Below are positions 43,201 to 56,700 of a stretch of 64,000 nt of DNA, one piece after another. The DNA comes from Gordius albopunctatus. Its lineage: Eukaryota. The notes beneath the pieces are model-generated. The model had not been told where the DNA came from and ran no database searches. It saw only the letters and a list, made by a program, of their open reading frames with translations. The position numbers and the translations under genes were made by a program. How positions within the stretch are numbered: the first letter of the stretch is position 1; each line of letters opens with the position of its first letter. The stretch covers positions 7,192,001-7,256,000 of the forward strand of contig OZ193910.1 in the NCBI GenBank assembly GCA_964276515.1. Direction: 5' to 3'.

Positions 43201-44450
43201 ATTAGAGAACTATTACTTTGAAATCATCATCGCATAGAGCATGTTTGAAAAATTAAGAAGTCACGTTGCGATACAACAAACTAATCGCAACAATATAACG
43301 TTGTCTTTTCTCAAAATGATAGTTCTCGCCGCTTGAAACTTCTTATATGGAGTCGATCGAGAATAATAGGATTCTCAAATTAGCTTACTTTTATATATTT
43401 TATCAAGCTCTTTTACATAAAATAACAAAAATTATATTTTTTTAGCTCCGAATAATTCACAATTTTTTCCTTTCAAATCATATTCATCCGATGAAAGTTG
43501 TTATTTTCAGACGTGATTTCCATGATAAAAAGTTAAAATTTATCAGAATTAGAGAACTATTACTTTGAAATCATCATCGCATAGAGAATGTTTCAAAAAT
43601 TAAGCACTCACCTTGCGATACAACAAACTAATCGCAACAATATAACGTTGACTTTTCTCAAAATGATTGTTCTCGCAGCTTGAAACATCTTATAAGGAGT
43701 CGATCGAGAATAATAGGATTCTCAAATTAGCTTACTTTTATATATTTTATCAAGCTCTTTTACATAAAATAACAAAAAATATATTTTTTAGGTTAAAATA
43801 ATTCACAATTTTTTTCTTTCAACCATATTCAACCGATGAAAGTTGTTATTTTCAGACGTGATTTCCATGATAAAAAGTTAAAATTTATCAGAATTAGAGA
43901 ACCATTACTTTTAAATCATCATCGCATAGAGCATGTTTCAAAAATAAAGCACTAACGTTGCGATACAACTAACTAATCGCAACAATATAACGTTGTATTT
44001 TCTCAAAATGATTGTTCTCGCAGCTTAAAACTTCTTTCTGAAGTCAATCGAGGATAAAAGGTTTCTCAAATTGGCTTACTTTAATATATTTTTTCAAGCT
44101 CTTTTACATAAAATAACAAAAAATATATTTTTTCAGGATAAAATAATTCACAATTTTTTCCTTTCAACCATATTCAACCGATGAAAGTTGTTATTTTCAG
44201 ACGTGATTTCCATGATAAAAAGTTAAAATTTATCAGAATTAGAGAACCATTACTTTTAAATCATCATCGCATAGAGCATGTTTCAAAAATTAAGCACTAA
44301 CGTTGCGATACAACTAACTAATCGCAACAATATAACGTTGTCTTTTCTCAAAATGATTGTTCTCGCAGCTTAAAACTTCTTATAAGGAGTCGATCGAGAT
44401 TAATAGGATTCTCAAATCAGCTTACTTTTATATATTTTTTCAAGCTCTTT
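30640..44450. repeat. Transition domain: more diverged A-type monomers plus first B-type monomers, arranged in large duplications
   Basis: Private variants recur at fixed offsets: tatgtaaaat at 30646/34791/39621, caagaaacga at 31541/40516, gtttaaaatt at 37381/42211. Confidence 0.85.
34791..44450. repeat. 14-monomer tandem duplication (4830 bp offset) spanning the A/B junction
   Basis: tatgtaaaat at 34791/39621, 2-bp deletion gtttaaaatt at 37381/42211, and first B monomer at 39065/43895. Confidence 0.9.
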
Positions 44451-46998
44451 TACATAAAATAACAAAAAATATAGTGTTCAGGTTAAAATAATTCACAATT
44501 TTTTCCTTTCGGCCATATTCAACCGATGAAAGTTGTTATTTTCAGACGTGATTTCCATGATAAAAAGTCAAAATTTATCAGAATTAGAGAACTGTTACTT
44601 TTAAATCATCATCGCATAGAGCATGTTTCAAAAATTAAGCACTAACGTTGCGATACAACAAACTAATCGCAACAAAATAACGTTGTCTTTTCTCAAAATG
44701 ATTGTTCTCGCAGCTTAAAACTTCTTTCTTAAGTCAATCGAGCATAAAAGGTTTCTCAAATTGGCTTACTTTAATATATTTTTTCAAGCTCTTTTACATA
44801 AAATAACAAAAAATATATTGTTCAGGTTAAAATAATTCACAATTTTTTCCTTTCGGCCATATTCAACCGATGAAAGTTGTTATTTTCAGACGTGATTTCC
44901 ATGATAAAAAGTCAAAATTTATCAGAATTAGAGAACTGTTACTTTTAAATCATCATCGCATAGAGCATGTTTCAAAAATTAAGCACTAACGTTGCGATAC
45001 AACTAACTAATCGCAACAATATAACGTTGTATTTTCTCAAAATGATTGTTCTCGCAGCTTAAAACTTCTTTCTGAAGTCAATCGAGGATAAAAGGTTTCT
45101 CAAATTGGCTTACTTTAATATATTTTTTCAAGCTCTTTTACATAAAATAACAAAAAATATATTTTTTCAGGATAAAATAATTCACAATTTTTTCCTTTCA
45201 ACCATAGTCAACCGATGAAAGTTGTTATTTTCAGACGTGATTTCCATGATAAAAAGTCAAAATTTATCATAATTAGAAAACTATTACTTTGAAATCATCA
45301 TCGCATAGAGCATGTTTCAAAAATTAAGCACTAAAGTTGCGATACAACTAACTAATCGCAACAATATAACGTTGTATTTTCTCAAAATGATTGTTCTCGC
45401 AGCTTAAAACTTCTTATAAGGAGTCGATCGAGATTAATAGGATTCTCAAATGATCTTACTTTTATATATTTTTTCAAGCTCTTTTACATAAAATAACAAA
45501 AAATATATTTTTCAGGTTAAAATAATTCACAATTTTTTCCTTTCAACCATATTCAACCGATGAAAGTTGTTATTTTCAGACGTGATTTCCATGATAAAAA
45601 GTCAAAATTTATCAGAATTAGAGAACTGTTACTTTTAAATCATCATCGCATAGAGCATGTTTCAAAAATTAAGCACTAACGTTGCGATACAACTAACTAA
45701 TCGAAACAATATAACGTTGTATTTTCTCAAAATGATTGTTCTCGCAGCTTAAAACTTCTTTCTGAAGTCAATCGAGGATAAAAGTTTTCTCAAATCAGCT
45801 TACTTTTATATATTTTTTCAAGCTCTTTTACATAAAATAACAAAAAATATATTTTTCAGGTTAAAATAATTCACAATTTTTTCCTTTCAACCATATTCAA
45901 CCGATGAAAGTTGTTATTTTCAGACGTGATTTCCATGATAAAAAGTTAAAATTTATCAGAATTAGAGAACCATTACTTTTAAATCATCATCGCATAGAGC
46001 ATGTTTCAAAAATTAAGCACTAACGTTGCGATACAACTAACTAATCGCAACAATATAACGTTGTCTATTCTCAAAATGATTGTTCTCGCAGCTTAAAACT
46101 TCTTATAATGAGTCGATCGAGATTAATAGGATTCTCAAATGAGCTTACTTTTATATATTTTTTCAAGCTCTTTTACATAAAATAACAAAATATATAATTT
46201 TTCAGGTTAAAATAATTCACAATTTTTTCCTTTCGGCTATATTCAACCGATGAAAGTTGTTATTTTCAGACGTGATTTCCATGATAAAAAGTCAAAATTT
46301 ATCAGAATTAGAGAACTGTTACTTTTAAATCATCATCGCATAGAGCATGTTTCAAAAATTAAGCACTAACGTTGCGATACAACTAACTAATCGCAACAAT
46401 ATAACGTTGTCTTTTCTCAAAATGATTGTTCTCGCAGCTTAAAACTTCTTTCTAAAGTCAATCGAGCATAAAAGGTTTCTCAAATTGGCTTACTTTAATA
46501 TATTTTTTCAAGCTCTTTTACATAAAATAACAAAAAATATATTTTTTCAGGATAAAATAATTCACAATTTTTTCCTTTCAACCATATTCAACTGATGAAA
46601 GTTGTTATTTTCAGACGTGATTTCCATGATAAAAAACTAAAATTTATCAGAATTAGAGAACTATTACTTTTAAATCATCATCGCATAGAGCATGTTTCAA
46701 AAATTAAGCAATAACGTTGCGATACAACTAACTAATCGCAACAATATAACGTTGTATTTTCTCAAAATGATTGTTCTCGCAGCTTAAAACTTCTTATAAG
46801 GAGTCGATCGAGATTAATAGGATTCTCAAATCAGCTTACTTTTATATATTTTTTCAAGCTCTTTTACATAAAATAACAAAAAATATATTTTTCAGGTTAA
46901 AATAATTCACAATTTTTTCCTTTCAACCATATTCAACCGATGAAAGTTGTTATTTTCAGACGTGATTTCCATGATAAAAAGTTAAAATTTATCAGAAT

Positions 46999-49070
46999 TA
47001 GAGAACCATTACTTTTAAATCATCATCGCTTAGAGCATGGTTCAAAAATTAAGCACTAACGTTGCGATACAACTAACTAATCGCAACAATATAACGTTGT
47101 ATTTTCTCAAAATGATTGTTCTCGCAGCTTAAAACTTCTTTCTGAAGTCAATCGAGGATAAAAGGTTTCTCAAATTGGCTTACTTTAATATATTTTTTCA
47201 ACCTCTTTTACATAAAATAACAAAAAATATATTTTTTCAGGATAAAATAATTCACAATTTTTTCCTTTCAACCATATTCAACCGATGAAAGTTGTTATTT
47301 TCAGACGTGATTTCCATGATAAAAAGTCAAAATTTATCATAATTAGAAAACTATTACTTTGAAATCATCATCGCATAGAGCATGTTTCAAAAATTAAGCA
47401 CTAACGTTGCGATACAACTAACTAATCGCAACAATATAACGTTGTATTTTCTCAAAATGATTGTTCTCGCAGCTTAAAACTTCTTATAAGGAGTCGATCG
47501 AGATTAATAGGATTCTCAAATGATCTTACTTTTATATATTTTTTCAAGCTCTTTTACATAAAATAACAAAAAATATATTTTTTCAGGTTATAATAATTCA
47601 CAATTTTTTCCTTTCAACCATATTCAACCGATGAAAGTTGTTATTTTCAGACGTGATTTCCATGATAAAAAGTTAAAATTTATCAGAATTAGAGATATAT
47701 TACTTTTAAATCATCATCGCATAGAGCATGTTTCAAAAATTAAGCACTCACGTTGCGATACAACAAACTAATCGCAACAAGATAACGTTGTCTTTTCGCA
47801 AAATGATAGTTCTCGCAGCTTGAAACATCTTATAAGGAGTCGATCGAGAATAATAGGATTCTCAAATTAGCTTACTTTTATATATTTTATCAAGCTCTTT
47901 TACATAAAATAACAAAAAATATATTTTTTAGGTTAAAATAATTCACAATTTTTTCCTTTCAACCATATTCAACCGATGAAAGTTGTTATTTTCAGACGTG
48001 ATTTCCATGATAAAAAGTTAAAATTTATCAGAATTAGAGAACCATTACTTTTAAATCATCATCGCTTAGAGCATGGTTCAAAAATTAAGCACTAACGTTG
48101 CGATACAACTAACTAATCGCAACAATATAACGTTGTATTTTCTCAAAATGATTGTTCTCGCAGCTTAAAACTTCTTTCTGAAGTCAATCGAGGATAAAAG
48201 GTTTCTCAAATTGGCTTACTTTAATATATTTTTTCAACCTCTTTTACATAAAATAACAAAAAATATATTTTTTCAGGATAAAATAATTCACAATTTTTTC
48301 CTTTCAACCATATTCAACCGATGAAAGTTGTTATTTTCAGACGTGATTTCCATGATAAAAAGTCAAAATTTATCATAATTAGAAAACTATTACTTTGAAA
48401 TCATCATCGCATAGAGCATGTTTCAAAAATTAAGCACTAACGTTGCGATACAACTAACTAATCGCAACAATATAACGTTGTATTTTCTCAAAATGATTGT
48501 TCTCGCAGCTTAAAACTTCTTATAAGGAGTCGATCGAGATTAATAGGATTCTCAAATGATCTTACTTTTATATATTTTTTCAAGCTCTTTTACATAAAAT
48601 AACAAAAAATATATTTTTTCAGGTTATAATAATTCACAATTTTTTCCTTTCAACCATATTCAACCGATGAAAGTCGTTATTTTCAGACGTGATTTCCATG
48701 ATAAAAAGTTAAAATTTATCAGAATTAGAGATATATTACTTTTAAATCATCATCGCATAGAGCATGTTTCAAAAATTAAGCACTCACGTTGCGATACAAC
48801 AAACTAATCGCAACAAGATAACGTTGTCTTTTCGCAAAATGATAGTTCTCGCAGCTTGAAACATCTTATAAGGAGTCGATCGAGAATAATAGGATTCTCA
48901 AATTAGCTTACTTTTATATATTTTATCAAGCTCTTTTACATAAAATAACAAAAAATATATTTTTTAGGTTAAAATAATTCACAATTTTTTCCTTTCAACC
49001 ATATTCAACCGATGAAAGTTGTTATTTTCAGACGTGATTTCCATGATAAAAAGTTAAAATTTATCAGAAT
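46999..49070. repeat. 3-monomer tandem duplication (1036 bp unit)
   Basis: cgcttagagcatgg at 47027/48063 and agagatatat at 47691/48727. Confidence 0.9.
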
Positions 49071-50962
49071 TAGAGAACCATTACTTTTAAATCATCATCG
49101 CATAGAGCATGTTTCAAAAATAAAGCACTAACGTTGCGATACAACTAACTAATCGCAACGATATAACGTTGTATTTTCTCAAAATGATTGTTCTCCCATC
49201 TTAAAACTTCTTTCTGAAGTCAATCGAGGATAAAAGGTTTCTCAAATTGGCTTACTTTAATATATTTTTTCAAGCTCTTTTACATAAAATAACAAAAAAT
49301 ATATTTTTTCAGGATAAAATAATTCACAATTTTTTCCTTTCAACCATATTCAACCGATGAAAGTTGTTATTTTCAGACGTGATTTCCATGATAAAAAGTT
49401 AAAATTTATCAGAATTAGAGAACAATTACTTTTAAATCATCATCGCATAGAGCATGTTTCAAAAATTAAGCACTAACGTTGCGATACAACTAACTAATCG
49501 CAACAATATAACGTTGTCTTTTCTCAAAATGATTGTTCTCGCAGCTTAAAACTTCTTATAAGGAGTCGATCGAGATTAATAGGATTCTCAAGTCAGCTTA
49601 CTTTTATATATTTTTTCAAGCTCTTTTACATAAAATAACAAAAAATATATTGTTCAGGGTAAAATAATTCACAATTTTTTCCTTTCGGCCATATTCAACC
49701 GATGAAAGTTGTTATTTTCAGACGTGATTTCCATGATAAAAAGTCAAAATTTATCAGAATTAGAGAACTGTTACTTTTAAATCATCATCGCATAGAGCAT
49801 GTTTCAAAAATTAAGCACTAAAGTTGCGATACAACAAACTAATCGCAACAAAATAACGTTGTCTTTTCTCAAAATGATTGTTCTCGCAGCTTAAAACTTC
49901 TTTCTTAAGTCAATCGAGCATAAAAGGTTTCTCAAATTGGCTTACTTTAATATATTTTTTCAAGCTCTTTTACATAAAATAACAAAAAATATATTTTTTC
50001 AGGATAAAATAATTCACAATTTTTTCCTTTCAACCATATTCAACCGATGAAAGTTGTTATTTTCAGACGTGATTTCCATGATAAAAAGTTAAAATTTATC
50101 AGAATTAGAGAACCATTACTTTTAAATCATCATCGCATAGAGCATGTTTCAAAAATTAAGCACTAACGTTGCGATACAACCAACTAATCCCAACAATATA
50201 ACGTTGTCTTTTCTCAAAATGATTGTTCTCGCAGATTAAAACTTCTTATAAGGAGTCGATCGAGATTAATAGGATTCTCAAATCAGCTTACTTTTATATA
50301 TTTTTTCAAGCTCTTTTACATAAAATAACAAAAAATATATTGTTCAGGTTAAAATAATTCACAATTTTTTCCTTTCGGCCATATTCAACCGATGAAAGTT
50401 GTTATTTTCAGACGTGATTTCCATGATAAAAAGTCAAAATTTATCAGAATTAGAGAACTGTTACTTTTAAATCATCATCGCATAGAGCATGTTTCAAAAA
50501 TTAAGCACTAACGTTGCGATACAACAAACTAATCGCAACAAAATAACGTTGTCTTTTCTCAAAATGATTGTTCTCGCAGCTTAAAACTTCTTTCTTAAGT
50601 CAATCGAGCATAAAAGGTTTCTCAAATTAGCTTACTTTTATATATTTTATCAAGCTCTTTTACATAAAATAACAAAAAATATATTTTTTAGGTTAAAATA
50701 ATTCACAATTTTTTCCTTTCAACCATATTCAACCGATAAAAGTTGTTATTTTCAGACGTGATTTCCATGATAAAAAGTTAAAATTTATCAGAATTAGAGA
50801 ACCATTACTTTTAAATCATCATCGCATAGAGCATGTTTCAAAAATTAAGCACTAACGTTGCGATACAACTAACTAATCGAAACAATATAACGTTGTATTT
50901 TCTCAAAATGATTGTTCTCGCAGCTTAAAACTTCTTTCTGAAGTCAATCGAGGATAAAAGGT

Positions 50963-53789
50963 TTCTCAAATCAGCTTACTTTTATATATTTTTTCAAGCT
51001 CTTTTACATAAAATAACAAAAAATATATTTTTCAGGTTTAAATAATTCACAATTTTTTCCTTTCAACCATATTCAACCGATGAAAGTTGTTATTTTCAGA
51101 CGTGATTTCCATGATAAAAAGTTAAAATTTATCAGAATTAGAGAACCATTACTTTTAAATCATCATCGCATAGAGCATGTTTCAAAAATTAAGCACTAAC
51201 GTTGCGATACAACTAACTAATCGCAACAATATAACGTTGTCTTTTCTCAAAATGATTGTTCTCGCAGCTTAAAACTTCTTATAAGGAGTCGATCGAGATT
51301 AATAGGATTCTCAAATCAGCTTACTTTTATATATTTTTTCAAGCTCTTTTACATAAAATAACAAAAAATATATTGTTCAGGTTAAAATAATTCACAATTT
51401 TTTCCTTTCGGCCATATTCAACCGATTAAAGTTGTTATTTTCAGACGTGATTTCCATGATAAAAAGTCAAAATTTATCAGAATTAGAGAACTGTTACTTT
51501 TAAATCATCATCGCATAGAGCATGTTTCAAAAATTAAGCCCTAACGTTGCGATACAACAAACTAATCGCAACAAAATAACGTTGTCTTTTCTCAAAATGA
51601 TTGTTCTCGCAGCTTAAAACTTCTTTCTTAAGTCAATCGAGCATAAAAGGTTTCTCAAATTGGCTTACTTTAATATATTTTTTCAAGCTCTTTTACATAA
51701 AATAACAAAAAATATATTTTTTCAGGATAAAATAATTCACAATTTTTTCCTTTCAACCATATTCAACTGATGAAAGTTGTTATTTTCAGACGTGATTTCC
51801 ATGATAAAAAGTTAAAATTTATCAGAATTAGAGAACCATTACTTTTAAATCATCATCGCATAGAGCATGTTTCAAAAATTAAGCACTAACGTTGCGATAC
51901 AACTAACTAATCGCAACAATATAACGTTGTCTTTTCTCAAAATGATTGTTCTCGCAGCTTAAAACTTCTTATAAGGAGTCGATCGAGATTAATAGGATTC
52001 TCAAATCAGCTTACTTTTATATATTTTTTCAAGCTCTTTTACATAAAATAACAAAAAATATATTGTTCAGGTTAAAATAATTCACAATTTTTTCCTTTCG
52101 GCCAAATTCAACCGATGAAAGTTGTTATTTTCAGACGTGATTTCCATGATAAAAAGTCAAAATTTATCAGAATTAGAGAACTGTTACTTTTAAATCATCA
52201 TCGCATAGAGCATGTTTCAAAAATTAAGCACTAACGTTGCGATACAACTAACTAATCGCAACAATATAACGTTGTCTTTTCTCAAAATGATTGTTCTCGC
52301 AGCTTAAAACTTCTTATAAGGAGTCGATCGAGATTAATAGGATTCTCAAATCAGCTTACTTTTATATATTTTTTCAAGCTCTTTTACATAAAATAACAAA
52401 AAATATATTTTTCAGGTTTAAATAATTCACAATTTTTTCCTTTCAACCATATTCAACCGATGAAAGTTGTTATTTTCAGACGTGATTTCCATGATAAAAA
52501 GTTAAAATTTATCAGAATTAGAGAACCATTACTTTTAAATCATCATCGCATAGAGCATGTTTCAAAAATTAAGCACTAACGTTGCGATACAACTAACTAA
52601 TCGCAACAATATAACGTTGTCTTTTCTCAAAATGATTGTTCTCGCAGCTTAAAACTTCTTATAAGGAGTCGATCGAGATTAATAGGATTCTCAAATCAGC
52701 TTACTTTTATATATTTTTTCAAGCTCTTTTACATAAAATAACAAAAAATATATTGTTCAGGTTAAAATAATTCACAATTTTTTCCTTTCGGCCATATTCA
52801 ACCGATTAAAGTTGTTATTTTCAGACGTGATTTCCATGATAAAAAGTCAAAATTTATCAGAATTAGAGAACTGTTACTTTTAAATCATCATCGCATAGAG
52901 CATGTTTCAAAAATTAAGCCCTAACGTTGCGATACAACAAACTAATCGCAACAAAATAACGTTGTCTTTTCTCAAAATGATTGTTCTCGCAGCTTAAAAC
53001 TTCTTTCTTAAGTCAATCGAGCATAAAAGGTTTCTCAAATTGGCTTACTTTAATATATTTTTTCAAGCTCTTTTACATAAAATAACAAAAAATATATTTT
53101 TTCAGGATAAAATAATTCACAATTTTTTCCTTTCAACCATATTCAACTGATGAAAGTTGTTATTTTCAGACGTGATTTCCATGATAAAAAGTTAAAATTT
53201 ATCAGAATTAGAGAACCATTACTTTTAAATCATCATCGCATAGAGCATGTTTCAAAAATTAAGCACTAACGTTGCGATACAACTAACTAATCGCAACAAT
53301 ATAACGTTGTCTTTTCTCAAAATGATTGTTCTCGCAGCTTAAAACTTCTTATAAGGAGTCGATCGAGATTAATAGGATTCTCAAATCAGCTTACTTTTAT
53401 ATATTTTTTCAAGCTCTTTTACATAAAATAACAAAAAATATATTGTTCAGGTTAAAATAATTCACAATTTTTTCCTTTCGGCCAAATTCAACCGATGAAA
53501 GTTGTTATTTTCAGACGTGATTTCCATGATAAAAAGTCAAAATTTATCAGAATTAGAGAACTGTTACTTTTAAATCATCATCGCATAGAGCATGTTTCAA
53601 AAATTAAGCACTAACGTTGCGATACAACTAACTAATCGCAACAATATAACGTTGTCTTTTCTCAAAATGATTGTTCTCGCAGCTTAAAACTTCTTATAAG
53701 GAGTCGATCGAGATTAATAGGATTCTCAAATCAGCTTACTTTTATATATTTTTTCAAGCTCTTTTACATAAAATAACAAAAAATATATT
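50963..53789. repeat. 4-monomer tandem duplication (1380 bp unit)
   Basis: accgattaaa at 51421/52801 and gccaaattca at 52101/53481. Printed lines 51061-52380 match lines 52441-53760. Confidence 0.92.
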
Positions 53790-56700
53790 GTTCAGGTTAA
53801 AATAATTCACAATTTTTTCCTTTCGGCCATATTCAACCGATGAAAGTTGTTATTTTCAGACGTGATTTCCATGATAAAAAGTTAAAATTTATCAGAATTA
53901 GAGAACCATTACTTTTAAATCATCATCGCATAGAGCATGTTTCAAAAATTAAGCACTAACGTTGCGATACAACTAACTAATCGCAACAATATAACGTTGT
54001 CTTTTCTCAAAATGATTGTTCTCGCAGCTTAAAACTTCTTATAAGGAGTCGATCGAGATTAATAGGATTCTCAAATCAGCTTACTTTTATATATTTTTTC
54101 AAGCTCTTTTACATAAAATAACAAAAAATATATTGTTCAGGTTAAAATAATTCACAATTTTTTCCTTTCGGCCATATTCAACCGATGAAAGTTGTTATTT
54201 TCAGACGTGATTTCCATGATAAAAAGTTAAAATTTATCAGAATTAGAGAACCATTACTTTTAAATCATCATCGCATAGAGCATGTTTCAAAAATTAAGCA
54301 CTAACGTTGCGATACAACTAACTAATCGCAACAATATAACGTTGTATTTTCTCAAAATGATTGTTCTCGCAGCTTAAAACTTCTTTCTGAAGTCAATCGA
54401 GGATAAAAGGTTTCTCAAATCAGCTTACTTTTATATATTTTTTCAAGCTCTTTTACATAAAATAACAAAAAATATATTTTTCAGGTTAAAATAATTCACA
54501 ATTTTTTCCTTTCAACCATATTCAACCGATGAAAGTTGTTATTTTCAGACGTGATTTCCATGATAAAAAGTTAAAATTTATCAGAATTAGAGAACCATTA
54601 CTTTTAAATCATCATCGCATATAGCATGTTTCAAAAATTAAGCACTAACGTTGCGATACAACTAACTAATCGCAACAATATAACGTTGTCTTTTCTAAAA
54701 ATGATTGTTCTCGCAGCTTAAAACTTCTTATAAGGAGTCGATCGAGATTAATAGGATTCTCAAATCAGCTTACTTTTATATATTTTTTCAAGCTCTTTTA
54801 CATAAAATAACAAAAAATATATTGTTCAGGTTAAAATAATTCACAATTTTTTCCTTTCAACCATATTCAACCGATGAAAGTTGTTATTTTCAGACGTGAT
54901 TTCCATGATAAAAAGTTAAAATTTATCAGAATTAGAGAACCATTACTTTTAAATCATCATCGCATATAGCATGTTTCAAAAATTAAGCACTAACGTTGCG
55001 ATACAACTAACTAATCGCAACAATATAACGTTGTCTTTTCTAAAAATGATTGTTCTCGCAGCTTAAAACTTCTTATAAGGAGTCGATCGAGATTAATAGG
55101 ATTCTCAAATCAGCTTACTTTTATATATTTTTTCAAGCTCTTTTACATAAAATAACAAAAAATATATTGTTCAGGTTAAAATAATTCACAATTTTTTCCA
55201 TTCGGCCATATTCAACCGATGAAAGTTGTTATTTTCAGACGTGATTTCCATGATAAAAAGTCAAAATTTATCAGAATTAGAGAACTGTTACTTTTAAATC
55301 ATCATCGCATAGAGCATGTTTCAAAAATTAAGCACTAACGTTGCGATATAACAAACTAATCGCAACAATATAACGTTGTCTTTTCTCAAAATGATTGTTC
55401 TCGCAGCTTAAAACTTCTTATAAGGAGTCAATCGAGCATAAAAGGTTTCTCAAATTGGCTTACTTTAATGTATTTTTTCAAGCTCTTTTACATAAAATAA
55501 CAAAAAATATATTTTTTCAGGATAAAATAATTCACAATTTTTTCCTTTCAACCATATTCAACTGATGAAAGTTGTTATTTTCAGACGTGATTTCCATGAT
55601 AAAAAGTTAAAATTTATCAGAATTAGAGAACTATTACTTTTAAATCATCATCGCATAGAGCATGTTTCAAAAATTAAGCAATAACGTTGCGATACAACTA
55701 ACTAATCGCAACAATATAACGTTGTATTTTCTCAAAATGATTGTTCTCGCAGCTTAAAACTTCTTATAAGGAGTCGATCGAGATTAATAGGATTCTCAAA
55801 TCAGCTTACTTTTATATATTTTTTCAAGCTCTTTTACATAAAATAACAAAAAATATATTTTTCAGGTTAAAATAATTCACAATTTTTTCCTTTCAACCAT
55901 ATTCAACCGATGAAAGTTGTTATTTTCAGACGTGATTTCCATGATAAAAAGTTAAAATTTATCAGAATTAGAGAACCATTACTTTTAAATCATCATCGCA
56001 TAGAGCATGTTTCAAAAATTAAGCACTAACGTTGCGATACAACTAACTAATCGCAACAATATAACGTTGTATTTTTTCAAAATGATTGTTCTCGCAGCTT
56101 AAAACTTCTTATAAGGAGTCGATCGAGATTAATAGGATTCTCAAATCAGCTTACTTTTATATATTTTTTCAAGCTCTTTTACATAAAATAACAAAAAATA
56201 TATTTTTCAGGTTAAAATAATTCACAATTTTTTCGTTTCAACCATATTCAACCGATGAAAGTTGTTAGTTTCAGACGTGATTTCCATGATAAAAAGTTAA
56301 AATTTATCAGAATTAGAGAACCATTACTTTTAAATCATCATCGCATAGAGCATGTTTCAAAAATTAAGCACTAACGTTGCGATACAACTAACTAATCGCA
56401 ACAATATAACGTTGTATTTTTTCAAAATGATTGTTCTCGCAGCTTAAAACTTCTTATAAGGAGTCGATCGAGATTAATAGGATTCTCAAATCAGCTTACT
56501 TTTATATATTTTTTCAAGCTCTTTTACATAAAATAACAAAAAATATATTTTTCAGGTTAAAATAATTCACAATTTTTTCGTTTCAACCATATTCAACCGA
56601 TGAAAGTTGTTAGTTTCAGACGTGATTTCCATGATAAAAAGTTAAAATTTATCAGAATTAGAGAACCATTACTTTTAAATCATCATCGCATAGAGCATGT

